Counted from the first letter of the stretch, positions 39,607-48,986 are shown. The stretch is 64,000 nucleotides of DNA from an uncultured Collinsella sp. (GCA_958415625.1 CATYZI010000012.1:1095-65094); one strand, 5' to 3'. Notes: generated from the letters alone by a model not told the origin. Made by a program: numbers and translations.

Positions 39607-40548
39607 ATGGCAGACGTCAAGAAAATCGCCACGCGCGTAAGCTACGGCGAGGCCCTCGTCGAGCTCGCCAACGAGCACGATGACTTTGTGGTCCTCGACG
39701 CCGACCTGGCCGCCGCCACGCAGACCGGTAAGTTTAAGGCCGCCTGCCCCGACCGTTTCTTCGATGTGGGTATCGCCGAGAGCAACCTGATGGGTGTTGC
39801 CGCCGGTATCGCAACCACCGGTCGCGTTGCCTTCGCGAGCACCTTTGCCATGTTCGCCGCCGGCCGCGCCTTTGAGCAGGTCCGTAACTCCATCGGCTAC
39901 CCGCACCTCAACGTTAAGATCGGTGCCACGCACGCCGGTATCTCGGTGGGCGAGGACGGTGCTACGCATCAGTGCTGCGAGGATATCGCCCTGATGCGCG
40001 TCATCCCCGGCATGACCGTTATCGTTCCGGCCGACGATGTCGAGGCCCGCGCCGTGACGCGCGCCGCCTACGAGTGCGACGGCCCCGTGTACATGCGCTT
40101 TGCCCGTCTGGCCTCGCCGGTTATCAACGACCCCGAGACCTACAAGTTCGAGTTGGGTAAGGGCATTGTCATGCGCGAGGGCGCCGATGTGACCATCATC
40201 GCCTGCGGCCTGATGGTCGGCGAGGCTCTCGAGGCCGCCGAGCAGCTTGCTGCCGAGGGCATCGATGCCGAGGTCATCAACATGCACACCATCAAGCCCA
40301 TCGATGCCGACCTGATCGTCAAGAGCGCCACCAAGACCGGCCACGTCGTGACCGTCGAGGAGCACTCTGTGATCGGTGGCCTGGGCAGCGCCGTTGCCGA
40401 CGTCCTGTGCGAGCAGTGCCCGACGCCGCTCAAGAAGATCGGTGTCAACGACACCTTCGGCGAGTCCGGCCCGGGTGCCGAGCTCCTGCACAAGTACGGC
40501 CTGGACGCCGCCAACATCGTGGCGACCACCAAGGAGTTCTTGGCATAA
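39607..40548 (+). CDS. Transketolase, C-terminal subunit
   Basis: Motifs RVSYGEALVEL, DVGIAESNLMGVAAG and THQCCEDIALMR. ATG 39607 comes after ggagaggagc. Confidence 0.92.
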   Translation: MADVKKIATRVSYGEALVELANEHDDFVVLDADLAAATQTGKFKAACPDRFFDVGIAESNLMGVAAGIATTGRVAFASTFAMFAAGRAFEQVRNSIGYPHLNVKIGATHAGISVGEDGATHQCCEDIALMRVIPGMTVIVPADDVEARAVTRAAYECDGPVYMRFARLASPVINDPETYKFELGKGIVMREGADVTIIACGLMVGEALEAAEQLAAEGIDAEVINMHTIKPIDADLIVKSATKTGHVVTVEEHSVIGGLGSAVADVLCEQCPTPLKKIGVNDTFGESGPGAELLHKYGLDAANIVATTKEFLA

Positions 40549-40594
40549 GGCAAGACGAGGCAAAGTATCGTCTCAACAACCACATCCAAGCCAG

Positions 40595-40630
40595 AACAGG
40601 GGTATCCCCAAAGAGGGCGCCCCTGTTTTT
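40595..40630 (+). terminator. Rho-independent terminator after transketolase
   Basis: Stem aacagggg/cccctgtt followed by ttt(g)tt. Confidence 0.7.
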
Positions 40631-40769
40631 GTTGAATTTAAATTAGAGTCCTGCCAAGCAAAGGTCCCATGGGGAAACGGGCCCATCCCAACAAAGTGCA
40701 ATTCAGACCCTTCCAACTTTGTATGCGCAGCATCTCAAGTTGGTGCGTCGGCCCCATAGTAGCCGCAGG

Positions 40770-40894
40770 CCGGGCGCAGGGTTACCTCCCAAATCTTTCC
40801 GCAGCGCATGGCCGGCGTTTGTCCGCAGCTCCGCAGGAGCAGGACAAATGCCGGCCATGCGCGAGGACGATTTGGGAGGTAACCCTGCGCCCGG
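40770..40894. repeat. 125-nt near-perfect long palindrome (extended hairpin)
   Basis: Paired segments of 26 bp, 21 bp and 5 bp, checked base by base. ccgcag is reiterated 4 times. Confidence 0.85.
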
Positions 40895-40999
40895 TCGGTG
40901 AGACCCAAACCCCGCCATGCTTCTTATGTGCAGCAAAGCTAATGCTGCTAAAATACAAAGCGCTCATGTAGTTTAAACGCACGACGATAAGGAGCACCA

Positions 41000-42220
41000 G
41001 TGGGTAACCACTTCCGTACCTCCGGTGCGGGCGATGATGCCCCCAAGACGCAGACAGGCGTCCAGGGCAGTCGTTTCGCCACTCCGGATTCAGAGGGCCA
41101 GCCTGTTGCTCAGGCCCCCGCTCAGCCGGCAGATCAGGCACAGCCGGCATCCGATCCCTTTGCCTACAATCCCACCAGCGATGTCGCGCTTTCCGGCACG
41201 GCGGGTTTTGAGCCCGTTCAGGCCGTGACCGCTCGCGTGGAGCAGCCTCAGGCTGGCGCCGCCACGCCGCAGCCTACCATGGCCGGCATTCCCGACCCCA
41301 TGGCCCCTGCGACGCCGGTTCCTCAGCCTGCGCAGTCCGGTCTCTTTGCCGCTATTCCCGATCCCACGCAGCCTGCTGCCCCGGTGGTCGAGAGCGATCA
41401 GGCCGCCGAGGTCGCAAGCCTCGATAACGCGCTCAACAACCCCGATTTTACGTCGGTGTTTGCGCCCATCGATCCGCAAGCCAGCCGCAAGAAGATGGCC
41501 AAGCAGGCCGGTGTCGAGCCCGTCATCCTTATGGAGCATGTCACCAAGATCTATCCGGCACAGCCCAACAAGCCTGCACTCGACGACATCAACATCGAGA
41601 TCTATCCGGGCGAGTTCGTCTTCCTGGTCGGTCATTCCGGCTCGGGTAAGACCACGCTGCTGTCGACGCTCAACCGCGACGTCAAGCCGACGAGCGGCCG
41701 CATCTTGGTTGCCGGTCAGGACCTCATGAAGATCAAGAACCGCAAGGTTCCGTTCCTGCGCCGTCAGATTGGCGCCGTGTTCCAGGACTTTAAGCTTCTG
41801 CCTCAAAAATCCGCCTACGAAAACGTGGCGTTTGCCCTGCAGTGCATCGGCAAGCCCAAGGGTGTCATTCGCAGCCAGGTTCCCGAGGTGCTGCGTCTGG
41901 TCGGCCTGGCCGATCAGATGGACTCGCTGCCCGATCAGCTTTCCGGTGGCGAGCAGCAGCGCGTTGCCGTTGCCCGCGCCATGGTCAACCGCCCGCCGCT
42001 GCTTATCTGCGACGAGCCCACGGGCAACCTCGACCCGGCGATCTCGCTGGGCATCATGAAGCTGCTCGAGCGCATTAACCGCACCGGCACCACCGTGATC
42101 GTGGCTACACACGACCGCGAGATGGTCGATAGCATGCACCGTCGCGTGATCGCCCTCGAGGGCGGCCACGTTATCCGCGACCAGGAGAGGGGAGGTTACG
42201 GCAACTATGGCACCAACTAA
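41000..42220 (+). CDS. ftsE: Cell division ATP-binding protein FtsE with a 175-aa Pro/Gln/Ala-rich N-terminal extension
   Basis: C-terminal 230 aa are canonical FtsE (GHSGSGKTTLL, LSGGEQQRVAVARA, LICDEPTGNLD). GTG 41000 follows taaggag. Confidence 0.88.
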   Translation: MGNHFRTSGAGDDAPKTQTGVQGSRFATPDSEGQPVAQAPAQPADQAQPASDPFAYNPTSDVALSGTAGFEPVQAVTARVEQPQAGAATPQPTMAGIPDPMAPATPVPQPAQSGLFAAIPDPTQPAAPVVESDQAAEVASLDNALNNPDFTSVFAPIDPQASRKKMAKQAGVEPVILMEHVTKIYPAQPNKPALDDINIEIYPGEFVFLVGHSGSGKTTLLSTLNRDVKPTSGRILVAGQDLMKIKNRKVPFLRRQIGAVFQDFKLLPQKSAYENVAFALQCIGKPKGVIRSQVPEVLRLVGLADQMDSLPDQLSGGEQQRVAVARAMVNRPPLLICDEPTGNLDPAISLGIMKLLERINRTGTTVIVATHDREMVDSMHRRVIALEGGHVIRDQERGGYGNYGTN

Positions 42221-43127
42221 CGTGGGCTACTCCTTCAAGGAGGCAATCAGCCACTTCTTCCGTAACTGGACCACCTCGCTCGGCGCCGTCATCACGATTT
42301 TCCTTTCGCTGTTTATCATCGGCTTGTTCATTATGGGCTCCGCGATGCTGAACTCCGTGATCGGCACCGTCGAGGATCAGGTTGTCATCAACGCGTTCAT
42401 TAGCGATGACGCCGATCAGGCCGATGTTCAGGCTTTTGAGGCCGAGCTTAAGACGTGGAGCAACGTCAAGTCCGTGACCTACAAGGACAAGGATGACGCG
42501 CTGGCCGAGTATACGAGCAAGATGTCGGGCAACGCCGACGCTACCATGAGCGCGCTCGACGGTCAGAATCCGCTGCCGGCATCGTTTGCGATCGAGATGG
42601 ACGATCCGTCCAAGGTCGAGAGCACGGCCGAGAAGCTCAAGGAGAACGCCGATTTCCAGAAGATCGCGGATGATGGCGATGTCAACGCGAGCGTACTGTA
42701 CGGCCAGGAGGAAGTGAGCCGCCTGTTCCAGGTGACCAACTACATCCGCATTGCCGCCGTGGTACTCGTCGGCCTGCTGACCTTTATCGCGTTCATCTTT
42801 ATCAACAACACGATTCGCCTGTCCATCACGGCACGTCGTCGCGAGATCGCGATCATGCGTCTAGTCGGCGCCAGCAACGGTTTCATTCGTGGCCCGTTTA
42901 TCACCGAGGGCGTGCTGCAGGCCATTTTGGGCTCGCTGCTTTCCATCGGCGTGCTGGAGCTGCTGCGCAACCTGATGATTCCGCGTCTGCAGGAGAGCAT
43001 CGGCTGGATGTCGTTTACCTTGCCGATGCAGTACTACCTGGTGACCTATGCTGCGCTGATTTTGGTCGGCGTGATTATCGGTCTCTTTGGTTCTGCCATT
43101 GCCATGCGCCGCTACCTGCGCGTGTAG
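42207..43127 (+). CDS. ftsX: Cell division permease-like protein FtsX
   Basis: 306 aa with 4 TM segments and a periplasmic domain. It overlaps the ftsE stop and has the FIRGPFITEG motif. Confidence 0.9.
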   Translation: MAPTNVGYSFKEAISHFFRNWTTSLGAVITIFLSLFIIGLFIMGSAMLNSVIGTVEDQVVINAFISDDADQADVQAFEAELKTWSNVKSVTYKDKDDALAEYTSKMSGNADATMSALDGQNPLPASFAIEMDDPSKVESTAEKLKENADFQKIADDGDVNASVLYGQEEVSRLFQVTNYIRIAAVVLVGLLTFIAFIFINNTIRLSITARRREIAIMRLVGASNGFIRGPFITEGVLQAILGSLLSIGVLELLRNLMIPRLQESIGWMSFTLPMQYYLVTYAALILVGVIIGLFGSAIAMRRYLRV

Positions 43128-43185
43128 GCATGCCTGGAATTCATTTCTTCCAACGGGTCGTCTCTTATGGGGCGGCCCGTTATTT

Positions 43186-43270
43186 TGATCCCTCGGGGAC
43201 GGAGGAAAACGGATCACTCAGGGGGTCAGTCCGACCAAGTGATCCGTTTTCCTCCGTCCCCGAGGGATCA
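43186..43270. repeat. Palindromic repeat family B, 85-bp MITE-like element with perfect 33-bp inverted repeats
   Basis: Arms tgatccctcggggacggaggaaaacggatcact and agtgatccgttttcctccgtccccgagggatca. A further partial arm lies at 43275-43297. Confidence 0.8.
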
Positions 43271-43340
43271 TTTGCTTCCGTCCCATAGGGATCATTTGGG
43301 TAGACTCTTTGGAGTATGCAATCGATAGTTAGGAGGCGCC

Positions 43341-45476
43341 ATGGGGCGCAACAACAAGCATAAGCGCGGTGCCCGCAACAAGCGTGGACCGGTGCGCAGC
43401 GAGCGCCGCCCGAGTCTGACCGGACGCGTGCAGCTCCATGAGCACAGCGCCTATGTCATAACCGAGAACGGCGACTATAAAGTCATGGGCCGCGGTAAGC
43501 GCGAGATCATGGATGGCGATATCGTCGCCGTGAGCATTAAGAACAGTCCGCACGGCGAGCGCCGCGCCGTGATTGAGGGCGTCGTCGAGCGCGCCGCCAT
43601 TAGTGTGGTGGGCACGTACCAGACCGCCGGTCCGCTCGGTGTGATCGAGCCGCTCGATTCGCGTCTCAAGGCCGATTTCTTCATTTTGCCCGAGGATACC
43701 TCGGCCGAGCGCTTGGGCGTTCATCCCGGTGACGCTGTGGTCGCACACATTCTGACCTACCCGACGCGTTTGGAATCGGGAACGGTGACGATTGAGCGCC
43801 GCATTGGCGGCGATGACGCGCCCGACCTGGGCGTTCAATACGTAATGGCGCGTTATGGCTATACCGACAGCTATCCCGAGGCAGCGCTGGCCGAGGCCGA
43901 GGGGCTTTCGCTCGATGTGGCCGCGGCGCTCAAAGATCCGCTCCGGCGCGATCTGCGCGACCGTTTTGTCATCACGATCGACCCGGTCGACGCGCGCGAC
44001 TTTGACGATGCCATTTCGCTGGAGCGTACGCCCGATGGCGGTTACAAGCTGGGCGTGCATATCGCCGACGTTTCACACTACGTGGCCTGGGACGGGCATA
44101 TCGATCTTGAGGCGCGTCATCGCACGACATCGGTGTATCTGGCCGATCGCGTACTCCCCATGCTGCCCGAGCGCTTGTCGAACGACCTGTGCTCGCTTCG
44201 TCCCGACGAGGACCGTCTGGCGTTTACCGTCGATATTGAACTCGATGCGCAGGGCCACGTTCGCCACTACGATCCCTATCCCAGCGTGATTCGCTCGCGC
44301 GTACGCATGGACTACGACGGTGCCGAGGCGCTGCTGGTGCGTGCCGGCGCGGTGGAATATGGGGCGCTGGAGGGTGCCGCCGAGGATGTTGCGGCTGTAG
44401 AGACTTCGCGTGAGGAAGCGCTCGAGCGTGGGCTTGCGTGCGAGGAAACTGCTCGCGGCTATAACGTCGATCTGGGTGATTTTCTCGTCGCTGCGAACGA
44501 ACTCGCCGAGCTTCGCCGCCACATTCGCCGTGCACGCGGTTCGGTCGACTTCGATACGGCTGAGATTCGCGCTCTGCTGGACGAGGACGGCGTGCCCGTG
44601 CAGATTGTGGCGCGCGAGCGTTCGTGTGCCACGTCGCTGATCGAGGAAGCCATGCTGCTCGCCAACGAGTGCGTGGCCGAGTGGCTGGCCGACCGTGATA
44701 TCGAGGCCTGCTACCGCGTGCATGAAGACCCCAGCCCCGACAGCCTTCACGGTGCCGCCGTGGCACTGGCCCAGCTGGGTATTATCGACGACCGCCGTGC
44801 AGCCGGCATTGCCCTGGGAAGCCCCGATGAGCTGCAGGCCGCAGTTGATGCTGCCGCCGGTACGGCCAGCGCGCCGCTCGTCAACACACTGCTTCTGCGC
44901 AGCATGCAGCGCGCGCTGTATAAGCCTCGCAACGAGGGTCACTTTGCGCTCGCCGCGCCGTGCTACTGCCACTTTACGAGCCCCATCCGTCGCTACCCCG
45001 ATCTGGTGGTGCACCGCGTGCTCAAGCTACAGTTGGCTTACGAGCGGCTGGGCGGCAAGGACGCCCTGGTCCGTACGCCGCGTCTGATCGGTAAGGGGCG
45101 CGAGTCGCTGCCGCGCATCCTGCCCCAGATCTGTCGCGCCTGCAGCGATGCCGAGCGCGCGGCCGACGCCGCCAGCCATGCGACGCAAAAGATCAAGATC
45201 GCCCAGTACTACGAGGATCGTCTGGGCGAGCGCTATACCGGAACCATCTCGTGGGTCAGCAGCATGGGTCTTTTTGTCCGCTTGGATCTGACGCAGGTCG
45301 AGGGCCTGGTCTCGATTAAAAGCCTGGGCAACGAGTGGTTCGAGTTCGACGAGGACGCGCTTACACTGACGGGCGCCGACACGGGGACTCGTTACGAGCT
45401 GGGCCAGCGCGTGATTATCGAGGTCTCGCGCGTCAATACCACGCGCGGACACTTGGACTTTAAGCTTATCCATTAG
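43341..45476 (+). CDS. rnr: Ribonuclease R
   Basis: RNB motif ITIDPVDARDFDDAISLE and a C-terminal S1 domain. Confidence 0.93.
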   Translation: MGRNNKHKRGARNKRGPVRSERRPSLTGRVQLHEHSAYVITENGDYKVMGRGKREIMDGDIVAVSIKNSPHGERRAVIEGVVERAAISVVGTYQTAGPLGVIEPLDSRLKADFFILPEDTSAERLGVHPGDAVVAHILTYPTRLESGTVTIERRIGGDDAPDLGVQYVMARYGYTDSYPEAALAEAEGLSLDVAAALKDPLRRDLRDRFVITIDPVDARDFDDAISLERTPDGGYKLGVHIADVSHYVAWDGHIDLEARHRTTSVYLADRVLPMLPERLSNDLCSLRPDEDRLAFTVDIELDAQGHVRHYDPYPSVIRSRVRMDYDGAEALLVRAGAVEYGALEGAAEDVAAVETSREEALERGLACEETARGYNVDLGDFLVAANELAELRRHIRRARGSVDFDTAEIRALLDEDGVPVQIVARERSCATSLIEEAMLLANECVAEWLADRDIEACYRVHEDPSPDSLHGAAVALAQLGIIDDRRAAGIALGSPDELQAAVDAAAGTASAPLVNTLLLRSMQRALYKPRNEGHFALAAPCYCHFTSPIRRYPDLVVHRVLKLQLAYERLGGKDALVRTPRLIGKGRESLPRILPQICRACSDAERAADAASHATQKIKIAQYYEDRLGERYTGTISWVSSMGLFVRLDLTQVEGLVSIKSLGNEWFEFDEDALTLTGADTGTRYELGQRVIIEVSRVNTTRGHLDFKLIH

Positions 45477-45648
45477 CCGAATCCCGACCGTACGGGAGTG
45501 AGGGCGGTCTTTCGGGGCCGTCCTCCGCATTTGAATCACGGCCGCGTCGCCGCCTTCTCGGCCGCCTATCCGCCTGCTATTTGGGAGGTAAAACCTATCA
45601 AAATAAACCTGTCCCTTTTTGGCGGGTTTACAAGAAAGCGGGGATGAG

Positions 45649-46254
45649 ATGGCGACTGTGTACGGCTATGCGCGCGTGAGTTCGCGTGATCAGAACCTGA
45701 ATCGGCAGTTTGATGCGCTGATCGCCTATGGGGTGGAGTCGGCGAATATTTATGCTGACCGTGCGAGCGGCAAGGACTTCGACCGTCCACGTTATCGCGA
45801 TCTGCTGCGCGTGCTGGGGGATGGGGACGTGCTGGTGGTGTTGTCCATCGATCGCCTGGGTCGTAACTACAGCGAGATACTCGAGGAATGGCGGCTTATT
45901 ACAAAAGAGCGCGGGACGGCCATCGTGGTGCTGGATATGCCGTTGCTCGACACGCGCGCAAAGGATGGAGAAGCGCCGGACGTGACGAGTACGCTGATTG
46001 CCGACATTGTGCTGCAGCTGTTGAGCTACGTGGCGCAGGTGGAGCGCGAGAACATCCATCAGCGTCAGGCGGAGGGGATTGCGGCGGCGCGGGCGCGAGG
46101 GGTGCGGTTTGGCCGGCCTCGCAAGCCATGCCCTCCGCAGTTTGAACTGGTGCGCGATAGTTATGAAGCGGGCGATATCACCCGTAGCCAGGCGGCAAAG
46201 CGCCTGGGTGTGTGCGTGGGGACGTTCGATCGCTGGATGCGCGAGGCGGGTTAG
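45649..46254 (+). CDS. Small serine recombinase (resolvase/invertase family)
   Basis: Motifs YGYARVSSRDQNLNRQ and VLSIDRLGRN, with a C-terminal HTH (ITRSQAAKRLGVCVGTFDRW). 201 aa from ATG 45649. Confidence 0.9.
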   Translation: MATVYGYARVSSRDQNLNRQFDALIAYGVESANIYADRASGKDFDRPRYRDLLRVLGDGDVLVVLSIDRLGRNYSEILEEWRLITKERGTAIVVLDMPLLDTRAKDGEAPDVTSTLIADIVLQLLSYVAQVERENIHQRQAEGIAAARARGVRFGRPRKPCPPQFELVRDSYEAGDITRSQAAKRLGVCVGTFDRWMREAG

Positions 46255-46357
46255 GAGACAGCAGCTCTGTTGCTTCTTGTTGCGATTCAAATTTTGCTAC
46301 AACGAGACTGCTATTTAGACTACACTCGCTCATATTTAAAAAGACGGAGGTTGGCCA

Positions 46358-46939
46358 TTGGCGCACGCGAAGAAAATAATCGGGTGGACCGCGATCGTTC
46401 TGTTCGCCGCAACGCTGGTGGGCATCTGGGTGCTGACGGAGCAAAACACGGTGCAGACGTCGCTGCTGAGCGAGTCCACCGCGCGTGTGGTGGAGGGTCA
46501 GGCTGCGAACGTTCAAGCTGCCGACATTACGGGTGAAGCTCAGGCGGGGGACGGCATGGCTGAGGGCACCGATTCGGCTGCTTCGACTGCCCGGTCTGGC
46601 CGACTTGCTTCCATTCGCATGTGGGTAGGCGCAAACGTCCGTCGCGTCGCCCATACCGTAGAGTTTTTCTTCGTCGGAATGTTCGCTTCGGTGATCGTGG
46701 TTTGCTTTTCCAGGCGTCCGTGGAGCGTATGCTCCCGTTGCGTGCCTGTATTGCTCTTTTGCGCCGCCTGCTCCGTTGGCGATCAGGTACATAAGATCTT
46801 TGTTCCCGGCAGGCATTTCGACGTTATCGATTTAGGATTCGATGCTGCGGGCTATGTCACCGCCATGCTGTTGGTATTGCTGGCGGCGGCGTTAGTGCGC
46901 CATGCGACTCGGCCGATCGGCGCCCATGCGAGGCGCTAG
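46358..46939 (+). CDS. VanZ-like family membrane protein
   Basis: GDQVHKIFVPGRHFDVIDLGFDAAGY matches the VanZ DE.HQ.F.PGR...D motif. TTG start follows gacggagg. Confidence 0.7.
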   Translation: MAHAKKIIGWTAIVLFAATLVGIWVLTEQNTVQTSLLSESTARVVEGQAANVQAADITGEAQAGDGMAEGTDSAASTARSGRLASIRMWVGANVRRVAHTVEFFFVGMFASVIVVCFSRRPWSVCSRCVPVLLFCAACSVGDQVHKIFVPGRHFDVIDLGFDAAGYVTAMLLVLLAAALVRHATRPIGAHARR

Positions 46940-47143
46940 CCGGTAACAAACCCGTTTCTGATCATGCGACCTTGTTGAATTATTTTGTGTCGCGCGTATT
47001 TCCGAGCGGTCGGATTTGAGGGGCGAGCGGTAGAACGCTCGCCCTTTGTGCGCCACGATGCGGCACAATGTACCGCAAAAGCTGTTTGTATCCGGTACGA
47101 ATCGTTCGTTGGTCTTTAATTCTTCTCAACGGAGGTGTTTGAG

Positions 47144-47995
47144 ATGGCAAACGGATTGCTTTTGCGGCTTCGCGAGCGTGAGCTCAGCGCGAGCCCGGCG
47201 GAACGCAATGTCATCGCATATGTAAGCGCTCATCCGCACGAGGTGGTCGGGCTGTCCGTCCGCGGTCTTGCCGATGTCACGTTCTCCTCGCCCTCGAGCA
47301 TTTTGCGCTTTTGCAAGCGTTTGGGTTTTGCGGGCTACAAGGAGTTCCAGCGCGAACTGATTGCCGAGCTGGCGCTCTTAGGTGACAAGAAAGACATAGC
47401 CCTCGAGGACATCTCCATGGATGACAGCGTCGAACGTATCGTGGGGAAGGTGATGAAAAGCAACGTGCGCACAATCGAGGCGACGGCGCGAACGCTCGAT
47501 TACACCGTCTTGGAGCGATGCGCGGCCCGTCTTAAGCGGGCACGCGCGGTCAATCTGTTCGGTATTGGTGCCTCTCGTTTGGTCGCGCACGACCTGGCGC
47601 AAAAGCTCATGCGTGTCGACAAAGAGTGCCATCTGTACGACGACTGGCATGATCAGCTCTTATGTGCCAAGAACATGCATGAGGGCGATATGGCAATCGC
47701 CTTTAGCTACTCGGGCTTGACGCAAGAGGTGCTGGACTGCACCGCCGAGGCTCAACGCCACAACTGTCCCGTTGTGGCCGTTACCAAAGTAGATGGATCA
47801 TCCAAGCTTGCCACCATGGCCGATGCCGTGCTCGGCGTCGCTGCGAGTGAACCCTTGGTCCGCAGCGGTGCCATGGCTTCGCGTATGGCCCAGCTTATGG
47901 TTGTCGATGCCCTGTACGCTGCTTACGTTGCCAGCGACTACGAACGGGCGACGCATGTCATTAAGCAAAACTACATCGAGAAACAGGAAAGATGA
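47144..47995 (+). CDS. murR: MurR/RpiR-family transcriptional regulator
   Basis: N-terminal HTH_6 (VRGLADVTFSSPSSILRFCKRLGFAGYKEF) plus a SIS domain. Confidence 0.85.
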   Translation: MANGLLLRLRERELSASPAERNVIAYVSAHPHEVVGLSVRGLADVTFSSPSSILRFCKRLGFAGYKEFQRELIAELALLGDKKDIALEDISMDDSVERIVGKVMKSNVRTIEATARTLDYTVLERCAARLKRARAVNLFGIGASRLVAHDLAQKLMRVDKECHLYDDWHDQLLCAKNMHEGDMAIAFSYSGLTQEVLDCTAEAQRHNCPVVAVTKVDGSSKLATMADAVLGVAASEPLVRSGAMASRMAQLMVVDALYAAYVASDYERATHVIKQNYIEKQER

Positions 47996-48005
47996 GGTGA
48001 ATGAA

Positions 48006-48929
48006 ATGCTCGATTTAACAAAATTCACGACCGAACAGCGTAATCAAAGGTCAATGGACCTCGATACGATGACATCGCTGCAGATCGTCACGACGATGAA
48101 CGATGAGGATCTTCGTGCCGTCCAGTCGGTCACGAAAGTGTTGCCCCAGGTTGCCATGGCAATCGACTGGGCTGCTGAGGCACTCGAGCGCGGCGGGCGC
48201 GTCTTTTACATGGGCGCAGGCACCAGCGGTCGTCTGGGCGTACTCGACGCTTCGGAGTGTCCGCCCACGTTTGGCGTGTCACCCGATCTGATTGTCGGGC
48301 TCATTGCCGGAGGCGAGACGGCGTTTATCAAGGCTGTCGAAGGTGCCGAAGACAGCGAGGAGCTTGGCGCGAGCGACCTGCGGGAGCGTGGACTCTCGGA
48401 CAAGGATCTTGTCGTTGGCCTGGCGGCAAGCGGTCGTACTCCCTATGTGGTGGGCGGCCTTGCGTGCGCCAAGGCAACTGGGTGCAAGACCATTGCAATT
48501 GCCTGCAACCAAGGGTCGAAGATCGGGGAGAGCGCAGATCTTGCCATTGAGCCCGTGCCCGGTCCCGAGGTGCTGACCGGCTCAACGAGGCTCAAGGCGG
48601 GAACGGTTCAAAAGCTCATTCTCAACATGATTTCGACCGGTGCCATGGTCAAGATCGGCAAGGTATACCAAAATCTGATGGTCGATGTGCAGCAGACGAA
48701 CGAGAAGTTGGTGGTGCGCGGCCAGAATATCGTGATGGAGGCGACCGGCTGCACGCGCGAGCGCGCTGTTCAGGCGCTTGCAGATGCCGGCGGCCACGTA
48801 AAAACCGCTATTGTCTCGGTACTGCTGGACTGCGATGCCGAGCAGGCTGCGGTGGCTCTTGAGCGGGCGCGAGGCCATGTCCGTGCTGCGGTGAGTGGCC
48901 ATGAGAAGAGCAATGCCGACGCCCAATAG
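48006..48929 (+). CDS. murQ: N-acetylmuramic acid 6-phosphate etherase
   Basis: Motifs TEQRNQRSMDLD and GAGTSGRLGVLDASECPPTFG. The ORF-track N-terminal extension from 47793 is rejected. Confidence 0.92.
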   Translation: MLDLTKFTTEQRNQRSMDLDTMTSLQIVTTMNDEDLRAVQSVTKVLPQVAMAIDWAAEALERGGRVFYMGAGTSGRLGVLDASECPPTFGVSPDLIVGLIAGGETAFIKAVEGAEDSEELGASDLRERGLSDKDLVVGLAASGRTPYVVGGLACAKATGCKTIAIACNQGSKIGESADLAIEPVPGPEVLTGSTRLKAGTVQKLILNMISTGAMVKIGKVYQNLMVDVQQTNEKLVVRGQNIVMEATGCTRERAVQALADAGGHVKTAIVSVLLDCDAEQAAVALERARGHVRAAVSGHEKSNADAQ

Positions 48930-48986
48930 GTGCGCGGCGTGAGCTGATATGACATCCAGATGAGATACCCAATACAAGGAGGAGTT

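Noticed and set aside
38775-40548. Split transketolase as an anomaly or pseudogene.
   Set aside because: Two-subunit transketolases (separate N- and C-terminal genes with a 1-nt spacer) are a common, functional arrangement in anaerobes. Both halves are intact.
46942-46962. Third copy of the aaataaacc motif after the VanZ-like gene (ggtaacaaacccgtttctg), as a possible right end of a recombinase mini-island.
   Set aside because: About 12/18 identity over an AT-rich word, which is within chance expectation.
47793-48005. Upstream extension of murQ (ORF-track start 47793).
   Set aside because: It overlaps the 3' end of murR in another frame. Conserved MurQ sequence begins at MLDLTKFTTEQRN (ATG 48006), which has its own SD.
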